Shown here: positions 59,387 to 64,000 of the stretch, in pieces
Layout of the letters: every line of letters begins with the position of its first letter
Numbering within the stretch: the stretch's first letter is position 1
Source of the DNA: Ascoidea asiatica JCM 7603
Taxonomy: Eukaryota > Fungi > Ascomycota
Direction of reading: 5' to 3'
NCBI GenBank assembly: GCA_001600695.1
Contig: BCKQ01000001.1
Span: 476,279 to 540,278, forward strand
Length of the DNA: 64,000 nt
Made by a program: the position numbers and the translations under genes
The notes under the pieces: model-generated
The model's database searches: none
The model's input: the letters and a program-made list of their open reading frames with translations, nothing else
Told to the model about the DNA's origin: nothing

Positions 59387-60652
59387 ATGAAATTTTCAAA
59401 TTCAATTATTTTGGGTTTATCAACCCTTTTAATAAATTTTGTAATTGCAGCACCTTTTAATCAACAACAAGATTTAAAGAAAAAAGAGGTAATTTTAGAA
59501 AATTCTGAATGTACTTCAACTGTTAATTATAAACATTCTCATCATAATCATAAAAGAGCTGTTGCTGTTGAATATGAATATGTTACTGTAACTGTTAATA
59601 AAGAAGGTAAAACAATTACCGCAACTTCTTCATCATCTTCAACATTTAAAAATGAAGCAACTGATACTTCAATTGATTTATCAATTGAAATTACAACAAC
59701 TTTAGGTTCTTCAACATCTTCATCATCATCATCATCTTCAAGTATTATTTCTTCTTCAACTACAGAAACTGAAGCTGAATCAACTCCAACTTATTCTACA
59801 AGTGATTCAATTTATGGAGATTTATCTGATTTTGAAGATCCAACTGAAGAATTTGAAGATGGTGTAACTGATTGTACAACATTTCCAACTGGTAATGGTG
59901 TAATTTCTTTAGATCATCTTGGTTTTGGAGGTTGGTCTGGAATTGAATTAATTAATTCAGATACTGATATTGAAACTGGTGGTAAATGTAGAGAAGGTGC
60001 TTATTGTTCTTATGCTTGTCAACCAGGTATGTCAAAAACTCAATGGCCTTCATCACAACCAAGTTCTGGAGTTTCAATTGGTGGTTTACTTTGTAAAAAT
60101 GGTAAATTATATAAATCAAATTCAAGATCAAATTATTTATGTGAATGGGGAAAAGATACTGCATATGTTGTAAATGAATTATCAGAAACTGTTGCAGTTT
60201 GTAGAACTGATTATCCAGGTACTGAAAATATGGTAATTCCAACAGTTGTAACTTCAGGTAATAATTTACCATTAACAGTTGTTGATCAAGATACTTATTA
60301 TACATGGGAAGGTGGTGCAACATCTGCACAATATTATGTTAATAATGCAGGAATTGATTGGGAAGAAGGTTGTTCATGGGGTTCATCATCTTCAACTTAT
60401 GGTAATTGGGCACCATTAAATTTTGGAGCAGGTTATGCAAGTGGTGTTTCATATTTATCATTAATTCCAAATCCAAATAATTTAGATTCTGCAAATTTTA
60501 AAGTTGAAATTATTGCATATGGTAATAATGATTCTACTACTATTTCTGGAACATGTTCATATGCTGATGGTGTTTATAATGATGATGGATCAGATGGTTG
60601 TACAATTGGTGTTACTGTTGGTCAAGCTCAATTCCGTCTTTATAATGATTAA
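59387..60652 (+). CDS. SUN4: SUN-family secreted beta-glucanase (Sun4/Sim1/Sun41 type)
   Basis: Signal peptide, HKRAVAV Kex2 site, S/T-rich linker, SUN domain [15 protein letters not shown]...[15 protein letters not shown]...[11 protein letters not shown]. Confidence 0.93.
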   Translation: MKFSNSIILGLSTLLINFVIAAPFNQQQDLKKKEVILENSECTSTVNYKHSHHNHKRAVAVEYEYVTVTVNKEGKTITATSSSSSTFKNEATDTSIDLSIEITTTLGSSTSSSSSSSSSIISSSTTETEAESTPTYSTSDSIYGDLSDFEDPTEEFEDGVTDCTTFPTGNGVISLDHLGFGGWSGIELINSDTDIETGGKCREGAYCSYACQPGMSKTQWPSSQPSSGVSIGGLLCKNGKLYKSNSRSNYLCEWGKDTAYVVNELSETVAVCRTDYPGTENMVIPTVVTSGNNLPLTVVDQDTYYTWEGGATSAQYYVNNAGIDWEEGCSWGSSSSTYGNWAPLNFGAGYASGVSYLSLIPNPNNLDSANFKVEIIAYGNNDSTTISGTCSYADGVYNDDGSDGCTIGVTVGQAQFRLYND

Positions 60653-61414
60653 ATTTAATTATTTAATTATTTAATTATTTAATTATTTAATTATTTACTT
60701 ATTTACTTATTTAATTGAGTAAATTTTGTTAATTGAATGAATATTTAATATTTAATATTTAATATTTAATATCTAATTGATTTTATTTTTAAACTTTATA
60801 ATTACCATTTCACAACTAATTCTCACTCTCTTTTTAGTTTTATATTAGTAGTGTTATTCAATATTTATAAAGTTCTTTTTTTTTTTATATCCAATTAGTC
60901 AGTCAATACTTATTATTATTATTATTACTTTACATATTTTGCTATTTTTTTTTTATATCTCTTGCTATTTATTATTTTTTTATTAAATTTACTATTACAA
61001 TTACTATTACAATTACTATTATTATTATATCCTTATTTTAAAAATTTACTTTATTCTTATTCGAAATTTGGTTACAATTCTCTCTTTTTATTATCATATT
61101 TTATTTTTTCAAAATTGTTTATTTATTTACTAGTAATGTATATTATCTATGTTTGATTAATAACCATTGAGAAAAATTATAAGATAAAAGATAAAAGAGG
61201 AAAATAAAATGTAATTCAAATATATTCTTTCTCTTTCTTTAACTTATTCATTATTTATCACTTCTTTCAAAGACTATTTTCTTCTTTCAATAAACTTCAA
61301 TATCTTTTTTTTAAATTATATTGTATATTCTCTTTGATATACATTATACTCACTGTATTTAATACAAGTTAAAATTCCAAAAAAAAAAGAATTCAATTTT
61401 TTAAAAGCAATGTT

Positions 61415-61486
61415 TTCCGATACCGGGAGTCGAACCCGGGTCTCCTCGGTGAAAGCGAGGTATGATCACCGTTACACTATATCGGA
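61415..61486 (-). tRNA. tRNA-Glu(TTC), identical to the copy at 37729-37800
   Basis: Same 72-nt sequence; the flanks are unrelated. Confidence 0.96.
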
Positions 61487-63036
61487 GTAAACATTAATCA
61501 ACGAAGCTTAATCTAATCCAATCAAAGAAATCAGATAATAGTAGTTTTGTTAATGAATGTTGGGTGCTAGGAGTACCTTGTTCTTGGTCTCCGTCTGAGT
61601 ATTTGTGATTTTTCACTTTTTCCGCTTTTCGATTCCCAAATTTGTTTTGCTTTCAGTTTCAGTGAATGATTTCAGAAACAAACAAACAAACGAATGAATA
61701 AATGAATAAATGAATGAATGAATGAATGAAAGAAAGAGATAGATATGAAATACTAATACTGATACTGATACCAAGAACTGAAAACAATCTCATAAAGTTA
61801 TATTTTATATAATATTCCTATCCAAGAACCTGTTCCAAGTGCTTCATTTCTGGGAAAGAACTGCCCAGTCTCATTGCAGTCTCCGTCTCGACTGCTTTCA
61901 TTTCTGGGCTATTTTTGATACTGTTTTTGTAAATGTTCTTTTACGGCTGTTTGTAAGGCCATTTTGTATGGGCATTTTGCAGATTTGCTTTGTGTGAGCA
62001 GTTTTGGCATTTGTTTTTGATCTTTTTATCTTTTTCTTTTTCTTTTTCTTTTTCTTTTGCTTTGTCTGCTTGGGAAAAGCAAACCAGTTTTTATTCGCAG
62101 ATTTCTTTCTTCTCTTCGCTTTCCATTCGCTTTCTGTCTTCATTTTCATTTTCATTTTCATTTTCATTTTCATTTTCATTTTCCTGCGATTTCATAATAT
62201 TTCACTTCACTGCTTTCATTTCATTTCTTTCTCTTATTCAATTCTTCTTCTCTTTTTGGTCATTTCTCTTTGCCAATTTCCATTTTGTTTGCCTTTTGCT
62301 TTCTTTCATCACATTTTTTTTAGCCACTTTTTTCAGACCTCTTTTGAATCCCAAACCCAACAACAACTCACTCACTCACTCACTCACTCACTCACTCACT
62401 CACTCCCATTCTTTATTCTTCATCCTTCATCCTTCATCCTTTATTCTTCTTGTTCTTAAATCACTCTTTGAGCTGATAACAACGTACTTTTCACTGTAGC
62501 TTTTCATTGCAGCTTTGACTGTAGTTTTTGTTTTGTTTTGTTTGCTTTCAATTTTCAATTTTCTTTCTGCCCATACAATTTCTTCATTTCTCTTTATTTT
62601 TTGCCTCTACTTTTCACTTTCATTACAATCATTACAATAATTACTTTTATAGCATTCAGTACCTTTACCGTGTAAAAAAATTTGATTAAATAAATATATC
62701 TTAATACTACTAAAACTTGTTACATATACAGATACATAATATAATAGTATCATATAATATAATAGTATATCACACACATATATATATATATATATATCAA
62801 AATCACCTAATTTTTATCTTCTTTTAATATCTTATTCATTATTTAACTTCTCTTTCTTTTCATCATAAGCTTTACATTTATGTTTATATCTTTAAATTTT
62901 ATTAAAAATAACATTTGTAAAGTATTTTAATTTATATACTTTATTAATTTAAAGATTTAAAATAAAAAAAAAAAAAATATCAGATTTTTACATTTACAAA
63001 AATATAAATTATAAATTATTTATTATAAATTTATTC

Positions 63037-63199
63037 ATGAGCGCATCAAAAAGTATGTATAAATTTAAATATATTCAATATAAATAAATAACTTATTAAT
63101 ATTATAATATATAAAATACTAACAATTTATCTTTAAAGAGGGTTTTTCAATATCATATATTCTTTCCCCAAATCAAAATGATAATACAAATCAATCATC

Positions 63200-63231
<32 letters not shown>

Positions 63232-64000
63232 TAATTAATAATGTAAATCCAAATATAAACAATAATCTAGATAATTCAAATGTAACAACTAATCGTTATT
63301 ATAATACAATAACTGATGAAACAACTACATATACTCCAAATTCAACAAATAATAATTTAATAATTAATTCAAATTCTTCAATTAATAATTCTTCAATTAA
63401 TAATTCTCCAAATTTTAATCAATTTCAATTACAAATTAATCAAAATAATAATCAAAATAATAATCAAAATAATAATCAATCTAATAGATCTTCTTCAAGA
63501 ATTTCTTCAAGAACTTCTGCACAATCTGCAATTTATACTCCAATTAAAAATCAAAATAAAAATAAAAATAAAAATAATAAACCAACAATTGCATCTATTG
63601 TAAATAATGATAACATCGATAACAATAATAACAATAATAATAATAATAATAATAATAAATCAATTTCAAAAAAAGATTCAAAAACTTCAATTTCTTTTAT
63701 AAATAATCCTGAAATTAATTCAAATCTTGTTCAAAAATATAAAGTTTCTTCAAATAATAACACCATTTCAAATAATTCAATTGATAATATCATTAATCAT
63801 AATACTCCTACTCCTACTTCTCCACCACCACCACCACCACCAAATTCATCCACTGCTACTAATTCTACTACTAATATCTCAACTTCAAAACAAAACTTAT
63901 CAAACTTATCAAACTTATCAAAATCTTCAATAAAAACAAATAAAAATGCTGTAAGAAAACCAAGAAAACCAAGACAAAAAAAATCTGAGATTTCTATTGA
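63037..64000 (+). CDS. Intron-containing low-complexity nuclear protein, 5' part (possibly Hpc2-like); exons 63037-63052 and 63139 to beyond 64000
   Basis: ATG AGC GCA TCA AAA A, then GTATGT...TACTAAC...TTTAAAG, then AG GGT. The spliced frame MSASKKGFSISYILSPNQ... stays open to the window end and includes basic RKPRKPRQKK. Not in the ORF track. Confidence 0.8.
63053..63138 (+). other. Spliceosomal intron, 86 nt
   Basis: 5' splice site GTATGT at 63053, branchpoint TACTAAC at 63117-63123, 3' splice site AAG at 63136-63138 which restores the frame. Confidence 0.85.

Noticed and set aside
37729-61486. Two identical tRNA-Glu genes as boundaries of an integrated element
   Set aside because: Identical dispersed tRNA copies are normal in yeasts, the flanks differ, and housekeeping genes lie between them.
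61898-62499. ORFs of 93-169 aa rich in Phe, Ser and Lys
   Set aside because: Generated by TTTTCA, TTTTTC and CTCA microsatellites in the promoter or leader of the last gene.

Overview
Eukaryotic DNA from an extremely AT-rich budding yeast (Saccharomycotina). The Asn-rich proteins and rarity of CTG codons resemble Ascoidea, which is an inference only. The window holds about 19 protein genes: 5' part of USO1, SEC18, a divergent SEC23 paralog, an N-rich orphan with a perfect 147-bp triplication, KIP3, NUP53/ASM4, NIF3, LAS17, an orphan long coiled-coil protein, NAB3, BOL2/FRA2, a small membrane protein, IDP1, an F-box/LRR protein, a UXT-like prefoldin alpha, an AIF1/AMID-like oxidoreductase, TRP1, ECL1, a 2-hydroxyacid dehydrogenase, SUN4/SIM1, and an intron-containing gene cut by the window end. 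USO1 and the last gene are missing from the ORF track. There are four tRNA genes: Ile-AAT, Tyr-GTA with an intron, and two identical Glu-TTC. The most unusual items are an ~8 kb ORF-free block beside TRP1 (candidate regional centromere or ncRNA locus), a decayed CENP-B/pogo-type HTH relic, recurrent TACAGTA/TACTGTA heptamers, an orphan ubiquitin-like + coiled-coil + NLS protein, a uORF overlapping the USO1 start, and a tRNA-Tyr with stem mismatches. All motif counts were made by eye and no searches were run.
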